DNA of 64,000 nucleotides from Rickettsiaceae bacterium (GTDB taxonomy: Bacteria; Pseudomonadota; Alphaproteobacteria; Rickettsiales; Rickettsiaceae). The notes under the pieces were generated by a model. It saw only the letters and a list, made by a program, of their open reading frames with translations. It did not search any database and was not told the DNA's origin. Shown here one piece after another: positions 41,287-51,117 of this stretch (the stretch's first letter is position 1; the number at the start of each line of letters is the position of its first letter). The stretch is taken from contig JAQXDF010000040.1 of assembly GCA_029251475.1 (NCBI GenBank), positions 18,535 through 82,534 of the forward strand, in the 5' to 3' direction. Both the position numbers and the translations under genes were made by a program.

Positions 41287-41625
41287 ATGGCTAATCATTC
41301 AGCTACTAAAAAAGCAATTAGAAAAACAGTTCAAAAGACTGCAGTTAATAAAAGTAGAAAAACTCGTATCAAAACTTATATAAAAAGAGTTTTGACAGCG
41401 ATATCATCTGGCATTGCTCAAGATGCTAATAAAGCATTCCTTGAAGCACAGTCTGAAATTATGAGAGGTGTTTCATCTAACATAATTAAGAAAAACACTG
41501 GTTCAAGAAAAATCAGTCGTTTATCCAAAAAAGTCAAAGAAATGGCTTTAGCATCAGGTACTCCTATGCCTACAGCTTCTGCTAAACCAGCAGTAAAAAA
41601 AGTTGAAGTTGCTAAGGTAGAGTAA
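41287..41625 (+). CDS. rpsT: 30S ribosomal protein S20 with a C-terminal extension
   Basis: 112 aa, MANHSATKKAIRKTVQKTAVNKSRKTRIKTYIKRV... The frame stays open for 41 more Lys/Ala/Thr-rich codons after the TAA (see findings). Confidence 0.88.
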   Translation: MANHSATKKAIRKTVQKTAVNKSRKTRIKTYIKRVLTAISSGIAQDANKAFLEAQSEIMRGVSSNIIKKNTGSRKISRLSKKVKEMALASGTPMPTASAKPAVKKVEVAKVE

Positions 41626-41776
41626 ACAAAGTCAGCTGTAAAAAAAGTAGCTACTAAGGAAACTACGGATAAAAAAGAAGTAGCAAAAAAAACTACTACT
41701 AAAACAGTAGCAAAGAAGCCTGCTACAAAAAAATCTACAGATTCTAAATAGATAACATACCATTACTATCTATATT

Positions 41777-41805
41777 AAAAGGGCGCTTTAAGTAGGCGCT
41801 CTTTT
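41777..41805. terminator. Hairpin in the convergent rpsT / LRR-gene spacer (probable rho-independent terminator)
   Basis: AAAAGGGCGC (41777-41786) pairs with GCGCTCTTTT (41796-41805). 10-bp stem (one G-U), 9-nt loop, with A/T runs on both sides. Confidence 0.6.
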
Positions 41806-41849
41806 AATATAGAAAATCTTGTCCTTAAATTACAAATAATAGGCGTGAC

Positions 41850-41877
41850 AAATGCAGGAGCTAGCGCCCCTGCATTT
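41850..41877 (-). terminator. Hairpin just downstream of the LRR gene stop
   Basis: AAATGCAGG (41850-41858) pairs with CCTGCATTT (41869-41877), a 9-bp perfect stem, 15 nt from the stop at 41892. Confidence 0.5.
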
Positions 41878-41891
41878 ATCGAGGTCAGTTT

Positions 41892-43487
41892 CTAGTTGAA
41901 GCAATCTTCTGCTGCTACTTCACCAGTCATTTTGCTTTCTTCGCCATTACCTGGTTCTTCGGCAGCTCCTGCGTTGTCAAATGCCATATCCTGTAGGCTG
42001 TTTGAAATTGCTGCGTCAACATCTGCATCTTTTTGGTTGAATCTAGCTTGTTCTGAGATTTTATTTTTCTCAGCTACATTCGCCTCTTCTCTTGTTGCTC
42101 CACCACCACCTGAGCCATCAGAAGGGTTTTCTGACGCTTTTTTTGGAGCACGCGAAGTTACTTTTAAAGCCCCGGCATCTTTTGGAGTTAAATAGCTACC
42201 GATGTTTCCTAAAAGATCATTTTTATGTAAGGGGCTTGCCTCTACTGTAGCTACATCGTCTGTTAAAGCCTTGACTTTGCGCGTAATCATTTCTTCGGGC
42301 GCAGGAATATCAATAGGTTTAAAAGTCTCTTCAGTCTTTAGCAACTGCGAAGCTTTATGTATATCCGCCTTTGCGTCTAATATTTCGATATTTAAACCTA
42401 AGCTAGATTCTTGCAACTTCTCCTTGAATAATTCCTCATTGTCTAAATATCTATCAAGAGGATTGATTATAGGATTTTTGATAGAGTCAATATGTTGAAT
42501 ATTTGGAATTTTTGTAATATCAATATCTACAACATCATCATTTGCAGCAATTTTCTTAAGGCTATATAAAACAGCGTCTTTAATTAACTTGTTGCGATCA
42601 ATAAGTTCTTTTAAGTGTACCTCAAGTTCTTCATCGTCTATCTTGTTATTATAAAGAAGAAGCTCAGTTAGAGTGTTGTTTATTTTCAGAGCCTCTGCAA
42701 GTGCCTCAGCGCCTTCAGTGCCTATATTCTTACACCTAAGATTAAGCGAGGTTAGAGTCTTGTTTGTTTTTATAGCCTCTGCAAGTAGCGCAGCGCCTTC
42801 ATCGCCTATCTTATTACTATAAAGACTAAGCGAGGTTAGAGTGTTGTTTATTTTCAGAGCCTCTGCAAGTGCCTTAGCGCCTTCAGTGCCTATATTGTTA
42901 TTACCTAGGTTAAACTTGGTTAGAGTGCTGTTTTTTTTCAGAGCCTCTGCAAGTAGCGCAGTACCTTTATCGCCTATATTGTTACTAACAAGAACAAGAT
43001 TAGTTAGAGTGTTGTTTGTTTTCAGAGCCTTCGCAAGTAGCACAGCACCTTCAGGCCCTAGATTGTTATGCAAAAGATCAAGCGAGATTAGAGTGCTGTT
43101 TTCTCTAAGAGCTGCTGCCAGTGCCGCAGCACTTTCGGTGCTTATATTGTTACCATCAAGATTAAGCGAGGCTAGAGTGCTGTTTGTTTGCAGAGCCTCT
43201 GCAAGTGCCTCTGCACCTTCAGCGCCTATATTGTTATAACCAAGATTAAGCTCAGTTAGAGTACTGTTTTTTTTCAGAGCCTCTGCGAATGCCTCTGCAC
43301 CTTCGGTGCCTATATTGTTATGTACAAGAACAAGCGAGGTTAGAGTGCTGTTTTCTTTAAGGGCCTCTGCCAATGCCTCGGCGCCTTCACCGCCTATATA
43401 ATGGCCGTGAAGATCAAGTACGGTTATTTCAGCTCTTTCCTCTTCAGAAAAGTTTAGAAATTCTTGTAAATTTTCGCATGTTTTCAT
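41892..43487 (-). CDS. Ribonuclease-inhibitor-type (RNI-like, 28-aa unit) leucine-rich repeat protein with an acidic C-terminal region
   Basis: 531 aa with about 9.5 repeats of the consensus LKxNxTLTxLxLxxNNIGxEGAxALAEA, followed by a non-repetitive Asp/Glu/Ala-rich 240-aa tail. Confidence 0.85.
   Translation of the reverse strand: MKTCENLQEFLNFSEEERAEITVLDLHGHYIGGEGAEALAEALKENSTLTSLVLVHNNIGTEGAEAFAEALKKNSTLTELNLGYNNIGAEGAEALAEALQTNSTLASLNLDGNNISTESAAALAAALRENSTLISLDLLHNNLGPEGAVLLAKALKTNNTLTNLVLVSNNIGDKGTALLAEALKKNSTLTKFNLGNNNIGTEGAKALAEALKINNTLTSLSLYSNKIGDEGAALLAEAIKTNKTLTSLNLRCKNIGTEGAEALAEALKINNTLTELLLYNNKIDDEELEVHLKELIDRNKLIKDAVLYSLKKIAANDDVVDIDITKIPNIQHIDSIKNPIINPLDRYLDNEELFKEKLQESSLGLNIEILDAKADIHKASQLLKTEETFKPIDIPAPEEMITRKVKALTDDVATVEASPLHKNDLLGNIGSYLTPKDAGALKVTSRAPKKASENPSDGSGGGGATREEANVAEKNKISEQARFNQKDADVDAAISNSLQDMAFDNAGAAEEPGNGEESKMTGEVAAEDCFN
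42640..43445 (-). repeat. Tandem 84-bp coding repeats (about 9.5 units) inside the LRR gene
   Basis: The plus-strand unit starting AGCCTCTGCAAGT recurs at 42690, 42774, 42858, 42942, 43026, 43110, 43194, 43278 and 43362, exactly 84 nt apart. Confidence 0.9.
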
Positions 43488-43720
43488 TTTATTATCTCTA
43501 TTTATTATTTGTTACTCTTGTTTCTGTAAAAGTAGGTGGTAAAAAATCTATGCTAACCCCCTCTAAAGAAAATAAATTAATATAAGGTGAATTACACTCT
43601 TTGTTAAAGAATGTCAACTAACTATATTGATTCACTATAGTTGCACAAGGTGCTTCTTGATCGCCACGGAAACTATCTAGTTCAGGGCAACCAGTCGTAT
43701 CCCAGGATAATACGCTGTAA

Positions 43721-46700
43721 TTACGAAGATTGTGTAAGCTTGGAGACGTCATTTTCATCTAGATTAAAGCAGTCCGGCAATGAAATTTTGGCAACGAAGT
43801 TCTTTTTGTGAGGAAGGAATATATTAATAACACTATTAGTGTTAGTTTCAACTTTTTTGGTTTCAAGTAGTTTTAAGATATTGGTTACATCTTCTTCGGT
43901 TCTTGGATAGAGTTTTAGGTCATGCTGTATTCCTTGCAATGCATCTGCGACGCTAACGAATCCTCCTGCTGTAATCCTTAGTCCGCCTTTGTCTTTTTGC
44001 ACTTCGCATGAAATTACTACAGCATCTTTGACGTTTAATAGATGCGAATAATTTTTAAAAATATCCTCATTGAAAATAGTCACTTCAAAAATACCATATT
44101 GGTCCGACACAATTAAAGTGATAAAGCGTCCACGTTTAGACATGCGAGAATCTTTTTTAACAATAATTCCTGCTATCTTAAGCGAGTGCGAACCTTCTGG
44201 TAAATCATTCTTGATATGTTGGGAATTTTTGATATTACATTTGTCTAAAGATATAGCCAGTTCAGTTAGTGGGTGATTGGCTAAAAACAATCCCATAACG
44301 TCAAATTCAGCATAGGCAGACTCAGACACGCTTAACTCCTCTGCTTCAATAATTACATCTGCGCTATTGGAATCAACAGAAATCAAGCTAAATTGACTAG
44401 AGCTCTTTTCTTGATGATATGAGTTAGAATATGCGATAATTTTTGCAACACTAGCAAGTAAGCTATTGCGATTTGGATGCAGACTATCAAAGCAACCGGC
44501 TTTTATAATATTTTCAAGCAGCCTTTTATTTAATAATTTAGGGCTAATGCGCTGAGCAAGGTCTATAATAGATTTAAATGGACCATTTTTTTCGCGCTCT
44601 TCAGTAACTGCAATGCCAAAATTAGAAGTAACATTTTTTATGGCTCCAATAGCAAAAATAATAGATTTATTATCGCCATCAGCCTGAATGCTGAATAATC
44701 CTTTTGACCTGTTGATGTCTGGTGCAATCACTGGAATATTGAAAACCCTTGCCTCTTGCAAGAAGATATTGATCTTATCACTACTATCAATATCAAGGTT
44801 CAACGAAGCAACCAAAAATTCAGTAGTAAAATTAGCTTTCAAATATGCAGTTTGATAAGAGATGACTCCATAGGACGCTGCATGCGCTTTGTTGAATCCA
44901 TATCCAGCAAATTTTGCAACAGTTGCAAAAATGGAATTTGCTTGTTGCGCAGGGACTTTGTTTTTTACTGCGCCACTGACAAACATCTCCTGTTGAGCAT
45001 CCATTTCCGCTTTAACTTTCTTACCCATAGCGCGGCGCAATAAATCAGCGCTTCCCAAACTGTATCCGGAAAGTTTCTGAGCAATTTCCATTACTTGTTC
45101 TTGGTAAATAATTACACCATATGTGGATTTAAGAGTTTCTTCGAGTAGCGGGTGTAGGTAATCAACTTCTTGCTCGCCATGCTTGCATGCAATATAGGTT
45201 GGAATATTATCCATAGGTCCTGGGCGGTACAAAGCACCAAGAGCGATAATATCATCGACATTATCTGGGCTTAGTTTGCGCAGAGCGTTCTTCATACCCA
45301 CACTTTCAAACTGGAATACACCAGTACTTAAGCCTTCAGACAACATATCAAAAGTCTTTTTGTCTTCCAGAGGAATGTCATCAATTTTAAAGTTGATGTC
45401 TAGCTGCTTGAGTAATTCAAGTGTTTTTACTATCACCGTTAGGGTTTGCAAGCCAAGGAAGTCAAACTTAACCAATCCAGCCATTTCACAATATTTCATT
45501 GAATATTGCACAATAAGCATTTCAGAATTCATGTCCTGATAGACGGGCACAAGATTATTTAATGACTGATTAGCTATAACAACGCCAGCAGCATGAGTCG
45601 ATGCGTGCCTATGAAGCCCCTCTAGGCTTAATGCGGTAGATAATACTTGCTTTATTAGCCCGTTATCACCATCTATATTGTATAGGCCTTTTCCGCTTGC
45701 AGCGCCTTTTAGTTCTGCAACTTCAGTCAGGGCCTGGCTTAAAGTCACAGGATGTACTGCATTAAAAGGAACTAGCTCAGTTAAATAATCAGCAACAGCA
45801 TAGGGTAAACTCAGAACCCTAGATACATCTTTGATTACAGCCTTGGCTTGTAGCTTTCCAAAAGTAATGATCTGTCCTACTCGGTCATTGCCATATCTGG
45901 AGCGCACATAAGCTATCACCTCTTGGCGACGCTGCTGGCAAATATCGATATCAAAATCTGGCATAGAAACACGCTCAGGATTTAGAAAGCGCTCGAATAA
46001 CAAGCCAAATTTAATTGGATCTAGGTCTGTGATTTGTAGAACCCATGCCGTAATAGAGCCAGCACCAGAACCTCTTCCTGGACCAACGGCTATATCATTT
46101 TCCTTGCTCCATTTAATAAAATCAGAAACTATTAGGAAGTAACCAGCAAAATCCATGCGGCAAATAATATCAAGCTCATATTCAAGGCGGTCAAAATACT
46201 CCTTGCACATTTCTTGTTGCTTTTTTTCCGGGATTTGATCCTTAGAGAATTTATGTCGAAGCTTTGCGTTAAGTCCTTCTGCGGCTTGCTTGCGGATTAG
46301 TTCGGTTTCAGAAATAGTGCCATCTGTAAAATTAGGAAGAGACGGAGGTCTAGGTTCAGACATAACGTAACAACGCTGTGCCAAATAAACTGTGTTTTCA
46401 ATAGCTTCAGGCAGGTCTGAAAATAATTCAATCATTTCCGAAGGGCTCTTGAAGTAGCACTGATTGCTTGCACGTTTTCTATCCTGCACATCGCGCACTA
46501 CGCCGTCAGAGATGCATAATAAAACATCATGCGATTCGTGCATAGAGCTATCGCTAAACAAAACTTGGTTCGTTGCAATAAGCGGAATAGATAGTTGCTC
46601 AGCAATTTGTAAATATTGATATTCTATCTGTTTTTCAGAGTCTATTTGACGACGCATTATTTCAAAATAGAATCTATCTCCAAATAATTTTTGTAATTTT

Positions 46701-47167
46701 TGAGCCGCTCGAGTTGCCTCATTTATTGCATTATTTAGCAATAATTTACCGATAACACCATTTGCGAAGGCTGATAGTACAATAATACCTTCATTGTATT
46801 TTTCCAGATCATCAAAGGTAATATGATTGCTCATACTACGATCATTATCTGTAAAAGTCAGGCTGACTAATTTAAGTAAATTTTGATACCCAGCAGAGTC
46901 TTTTGCTATAAGTAATATTTCTGCAAAATCTTGTTTACCCTTGTTGGTAAATAAAATATTTAGTATTGATCCATGAATAGGCTGAATTTTAGATGAAATA
47001 GCAGCTTGCGCAAACTCTAATGAGGCGAATAAATTACCCCGATCGCTTAAACAAACAGCTTCCATAGAGTGATTTTTTGCCAGACTAATAAGTTGTTCAA
47101 TTTTTATAGTGCTCTCGAGCATCGAATAGGAGCTTTGTGTGCGAAAATGAACGAATTTATTAGACAC
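43721..47167 (-). CDS. dnaE: DNA polymerase III subunit alpha
   Basis: 1148 aa with an N-terminal PHP domain ([15 protein letters not shown]) and a polymerase core ([12 protein letters not shown]...). Confidence 0.97.
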   Translation of the reverse strand: MSNKFVHFRTQSSYSMLESTIKIEQLISLAKNHSMEAVCLSDRGNLFASLEFAQAAISSKIQPIHGSILNILFTNKGKQDFAEILLIAKDSAGYQNLLKLVSLTFTDNDRSMSNHITFDDLEKYNEGIIVLSAFANGVIGKLLLNNAINEATRAAQKLQKLFGDRFYFEIMRRQIDSEKQIEYQYLQIAEQLSIPLIATNQVLFSDSSMHESHDVLLCISDGVVRDVQDRKRASNQCYFKSPSEMIELFSDLPEAIENTVYLAQRCYVMSEPRPPSLPNFTDGTISETELIRKQAAEGLNAKLRHKFSKDQIPEKKQQEMCKEYFDRLEYELDIICRMDFAGYFLIVSDFIKWSKENDIAVGPGRGSGAGSITAWVLQITDLDPIKFGLLFERFLNPERVSMPDFDIDICQQRRQEVIAYVRSRYGNDRVGQIITFGKLQAKAVIKDVSRVLSLPYAVADYLTELVPFNAVHPVTLSQALTEVAELKGAASGKGLYNIDGDNGLIKQVLSTALSLEGLHRHASTHAAGVVIANQSLNNLVPVYQDMNSEMLIVQYSMKYCEMAGLVKFDFLGLQTLTVIVKTLELLKQLDINFKIDDIPLEDKKTFDMLSEGLSTGVFQFESVGMKNALRKLSPDNVDDIIALGALYRPGPMDNIPTYIACKHGEQEVDYLHPLLEETLKSTYGVIIYQEQVMEIAQKLSGYSLGSADLLRRAMGKKVKAEMDAQQEMFVSGAVKNKVPAQQANSIFATVAKFAGYGFNKAHAASYGVISYQTAYLKANFTTEFLVASLNLDIDSSDKINIFLQEARVFNIPVIAPDINRSKGLFSIQADGDNKSIIFAIGAIKNVTSNFGIAVTEEREKNGPFKSIIDLAQRISPKLLNKRLLENIIKAGCFDSLHPNRNSLLASVAKIIAYSNSYHQEKSSSQFSLISVDSNSADVIIEAEELSVSESAYAEFDVMGLFLANHPLTELAISLDKCNIKNSQHIKNDLPEGSHSLKIAGIIVKKDSRMSKRGRFITLIVSDQYGIFEVTIFNEDIFKNYSHLLNVKDAVVISCEVQKDKGGLRITAGGFVSVADALQGIQHDLKLYPRTEEDVTNILKLLETKKVETNTNSVINIFLPHKKNFVAKISLPDCFNLDENDVSKLTQSS

Positions 47168-47170
47168 TAT

Positions 47171-48466
47171 CTATCTGCCTATTGAATTATATTTAAACCC
47201 AAGCGATATTACTTCTTCGGGCTGTAAAAGATTACGTAGATCTATGATATTAGGTTGCTTTACAATTTTTTTAACTTCCATCAAATCTAATTCAGCAAAT
47301 TCCGGCCATTCTGTAGCAATAATAATCGCATCGGAATCCTTAGCTGCCTCGAATATAGATTTTGCACAAGTTAAATTAGGAAAATACTGTTCTATATGAA
47401 CCATACCTTTTGGATCGAAGGCAATAATATCAGCCCCTTCTTTCTCTAAAAGATTTATAAGATCAATTGCTGGACTACTTCGTAAATCATCGGTCCCGGC
47501 TTTATAAGTAAGTCCCAATACGGCAATTTTTTTATTTTTAATCGTACCATCAAGAGCTTTGGATATTTTTTTAATCATGTTGCCAGAGCGAGATTTGTTT
47601 GCTTCTATGACAGCATTTAGAATTAAACATTCCGAATTAGTTGTATTGGCAAAATGCTGCAATGCTAAGATATCTTTTGGAAAACAAGACCCTCCAAAGC
47701 CAGGTCCAGCACGTAAAAAATCAGACCCAATTCTCTTATCAAGTCCAACTCCTTTGGAAAGAGAGGTGATGTTTGCACCAGCTACTTCGCATAAATCGGC
47801 CATTTCATTGATAAAAGCAATTTTATTAGCAAGGAACGTGTTTGATGCGTATTTAATTAGCTCTGAAGTATTTAAGTCAGTTTCTACAAATGGTATATTT
47901 TGATTTATCAATGATTTATAAACTTCCCTCATTACTTTGAATGAATATTCAGAATCTGCGCCAATAACTATTCTGTCAGGTTCTAGGAAATCTTGAACAG
48001 CATTTCCTTCGCGTAAGAATTCAGGATTGGAAACCACTTTAATTGATACGCCTTTTTTAAGCATGTGCTCTTGCACTTGTCTGCAAGTTCCAGGAGGTAC
48101 AGTGGATTTCAGGACAATAACGCAATTATCTACATTTATATGATCACTAGCGCTTTCTACTGCTTGGAAGATTAGACTTAAATCAGCGTCTCCGTTCTCT
48201 TTAGGAGGGGTTCCTACGGTAACAAATAAACAATCAGAATCTGCAATTGAGTCATCATATCCATATATAAATTGTAATCGGCTGCTGTTACCATATTTTT
48301 CTATATATTCAGTTAAGCCAGGTTCATAGATTGGGGATTCGAATCTCTTCAATTGATCTATTTTATTTTGATCTACATCTAAACAAATTACTTCGTGACC
48401 TAGATGGCTCATCATGACACCAGAAACTAGGCCTACATATCCTGTTCCTATAAATGATATTTTCAT
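47171..48466 (-). CDS. ugd: UDP-glucose 6-dehydrogenase
   Basis: 431 aa with a Rossmann start MKISFIGTGYVGLV and catalytic GFGGSCFPKD. Confidence 0.93.
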   Translation of the reverse strand: MKISFIGTGYVGLVSGVMMSHLGHEVICLDVDQNKIDQLKRFESPIYEPGLTEYIEKYGNSSRLQFIYGYDDSIADSDCLFVTVGTPPKENGDADLSLIFQAVESASDHINVDNCVIVLKSTVPPGTCRQVQEHMLKKGVSIKVVSNPEFLREGNAVQDFLEPDRIVIGADSEYSFKVMREVYKSLINQNIPFVETDLNTSELIKYASNTFLANKIAFINEMADLCEVAGANITSLSKGVGLDKRIGSDFLRAGPGFGGSCFPKDILALQHFANTTNSECLILNAVIEANKSRSGNMIKKISKALDGTIKNKKIAVLGLTYKAGTDDLRSSPAIDLINLLEKEGADIIAFDPKGMVHIEQYFPNLTCAKSIFEAAKDSDAIIIATEWPEFAELDLMEVKKIVKQPNIIDLRNLLQPEEVISLGFKYNSIGR

Positions 48467-48624
48467 ATAAATATTTATCTTGAATTGTATTTGTGTATCA
48501 ATAATTTAGCAGGAAACACAAAAATGTAAAATCAAAATTTAAAATTCCAGAAAACTTATTTTTAGTGGCCAAAATTAGCAAAGTATATATACTAATATGC
48601 GGAGTATAAATTAATGAATATCGA

Positions 48625-51117
48625 ATGAGAGTCTTCTTTAAAATATTATTATCCACAATGCTATTATTTGTTATGATGGCAGGGTTTTTATATGCCGTTA
48701 ATAATGGTAAGTTAAATGGAGCTCTTCAGCATGGAATCCAATTTGTTTTAAGCCTTAATGGTATTGAGACAAGATTAGAAAAATTTAAATTCAAAAATGG
48801 AACTCTGAGTTCTGATCGAGTTAGTTTGGAGTTGGGGGCTGGTTTAGCCATCATTGACAACCTAAAAATCGATATTGATATTCAGGAGGCTTTCAGCCAG
48901 CCAAGTTTATTAGTTGAAATTGCGCCTGCAACTATGACCATTTGGAACAGCGCAGATCAACAGATTGCACAGTTTGACCTGTCTGGTCAATTTATTCAAA
49001 ATAAGCTAGATAGATCCGATTATAATTTATATTTCAATAATATCGAAGTATTTGATTTGGCAAATACGGGCCGTGAGGAACTAAGCGTTGGCAAAGCTAG
49101 ATTCGGGTATAAATTTATAGATAACCAAGAATTTTTTTATGGCTTTGTGAATTTTGGAGATTCTACTCATTTCAAGATAGAGAATCAAAAAGACGATTTA
49201 AGTAAAGTCAAGATCGATCTAAAAGATATTCCGATCATGCTATATAAAAAAGTAATGCAAATTTTTCCAGACAATGAAATATTGGTTTTCTTGGAAGAGT
49301 TTGTCCGGAATGGCTATCTCCAAGAAGGTAATATAATTTGGAAAACTGAAGCTGATTCTATTGAAGAACAATTATCAGGATTTGTTAAAATTCGTAATTT
49401 GGATTTTGAATATAATATCGACTTTCCAACGGTAAAAGATTTAAGTTTTGATATAGATATAAAAGGAAGAAAAATTATATATAACATTAATAGCGGTTAT
49501 TCATCTGATATTCTATTATCAGGTGGTGCAATTATTATGGACTGGAAAGGCGTAGATAAAACTGTTCTAACCTTAAAGACAAAAGGGCATGGACCAGCTA
49601 CTGGGTTGGTAGATTTTATTGCAGAAGAGCAGCACCAATCAATGAACAAAGCTAATATCGATTTGAAGAAATTAGTGGGAGATGTAGATGTTGATGTTGA
49701 TATTGAAATACCACTCAAGCCAGGAACTGCCAATAAATATAATGTTACCGCAACCTTGCCAGATTTATCTTTAGATATATTTAAGGACAATATATTGCTG
49801 CGGTCAGCAAATATTTCAGGAGGGTATGATGGTAGCAAAGTCATATTGCAAGGAGTTGGTGAAATTAATGGTTATGATAGTGATTTGAATTTTACGTATA
49901 ACATAGAAGATGAATCAGAGTTTGGTCATAAACTTGACATAAAAACTCGTTTCAAAACTCATTTATCAAGTGATAAAGATACAAAAATTGGATTTGTGAC
50001 TTTGCTTGGAGGTGAGTCCATAGTGGATCTGCAATATACCAACAAGAACTCAAAAGGCTTGATTGTTGTTAATTCTGATGTCTCTAATTTAGATTTATAT
50101 TTTGATAAACTGGGTATTAAAAAGGACAAAAACGCACCAGCTAATATAGAGATTAAGGGGGCATTTGATACTCCGACTAGTGGAGTATTTAAATTTGCTG
50201 CTACTGGTGAAGACCTTAATATTAATGGCGACATCACGATTAATAATAATTTAATTGAAGCCGATATAAAACAAATTTTTGCAAAAGAAACTAACCTATC
50301 TGCTTTGCTATTCATCAAAGATGACAGAGTTATTGCTGAGATAAAAGGTAAGGAGCTGGATTTGTCACAGGCAGATATGCTTCAGTTTCTTGAAAAAGAA
50401 AGAGATAGTGGCTCAACAAAATTAATCTTAGATGTTGATAAAGTTCGGTTAAAAGATGACATTTGGTTGGATGACTTAAAAATCAAACTAGAGTGTGATA
50501 AAGATAGGTGTTTTTCTGGGCATATTAACTCTAGATTGGGTAGTAGGTTTGTTGAAATGTCATTATTCGCACAAGGAGATCAAGAAAAATGGATTATTAA
50601 ATGCGGCAATGCAGGAGCTATTTTACAAGGTATTGGCGCTTATAAGAGTATGAAGGCAGGCGATCTTACTATCCAGGTTAATACCAGTAGGAAGGAAGTG
50701 CAGTCAGGTCAGATAATACCTATCCTAGATGGAACATTTATGTTTGAGCGCTTTGTTTTGAGAGACACTCCAGTAATGGGGCAAATTATTTCATATGCTT
50801 CTGTTCCTGGCCTTGTAAATATCTTACGAGGAGAAAAAGATATTATATTTTCTAGTATGAATGGTCAGTTTAGTTTTGCAGATGATGTACTAACTATCAA
50901 AGAAGGCATAGCGATCGGCCCATATTTTGATTTCAATCTTAAGGGTTATATTGACACCGAGAAGAAATTTATGAATTTAGAAGGATTCGTGACGCCAAAT
51001 TTATATGGTATAAGCTCGGTTGTGGGCATGATACCAATTATTGGTAATATATTTTCTGGAACCAAAAGCCATCGAGGCTTGATTTCCGGTTCTTATAAGA
51101 TAAAGGAAAAATATTAG
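48625..51117 (+). CDS. AsmA-like / YhdP-like (DUF3971-type) large envelope protein
   Basis: 830 aa with an N-terminal TM anchor, long beta-rich Asn/Asp/Lys-rich body, and a C-terminal ...GFVTPNLYGISSVVGMIPIIGNIFSG... block like AsmA-family C-termini. Confidence 0.5.
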   Translation: MRVFFKILLSTMLLFVMMAGFLYAVNNGKLNGALQHGIQFVLSLNGIETRLEKFKFKNGTLSSDRVSLELGAGLAIIDNLKIDIDIQEAFSQPSLLVEIAPATMTIWNSADQQIAQFDLSGQFIQNKLDRSDYNLYFNNIEVFDLANTGREELSVGKARFGYKFIDNQEFFYGFVNFGDSTHFKIENQKDDLSKVKIDLKDIPIMLYKKVMQIFPDNEILVFLEEFVRNGYLQEGNIIWKTEADSIEEQLSGFVKIRNLDFEYNIDFPTVKDLSFDIDIKGRKIIYNINSGYSSDILLSGGAIIMDWKGVDKTVLTLKTKGHGPATGLVDFIAEEQHQSMNKANIDLKKLVGDVDVDVDIEIPLKPGTANKYNVTATLPDLSLDIFKDNILLRSANISGGYDGSKVILQGVGEINGYDSDLNFTYNIEDESEFGHKLDIKTRFKTHLSSDKDTKIGFVTLLGGESIVDLQYTNKNSKGLIVVNSDVSNLDLYFDKLGIKKDKNAPANIEIKGAFDTPTSGVFKFAATGEDLNINGDITINNNLIEADIKQIFAKETNLSALLFIKDDRVIAEIKGKELDLSQADMLQFLEKERDSGSTKLILDVDKVRLKDDIWLDDLKIKLECDKDRCFSGHINSRLGSRFVEMSLFAQGDQEKWIIKCGNAGAILQGIGAYKSMKAGDLTIQVNTSRKEVQSGQIIPILDGTFMFERFVLRDTPVMGQIISYASVPGLVNILRGEKDIIFSSMNGQFSFADDVLTIKEGIAIGPYFDFNLKGYIDTEKKFMNLEGFVTPNLYGISSVVGMIPIIGNIFSGTKSHRGLISGSYKIKEKY

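Noticed and set aside
42640-43445. Regular 84-bp and 99-bp (15441-15738) tandem repeats as possible CRISPR arrays or satellites
   Set aside because: Both arrays are in frame within long ORFs and translate into LRR and ankyrin consensus repeats. There are no unique spacers.
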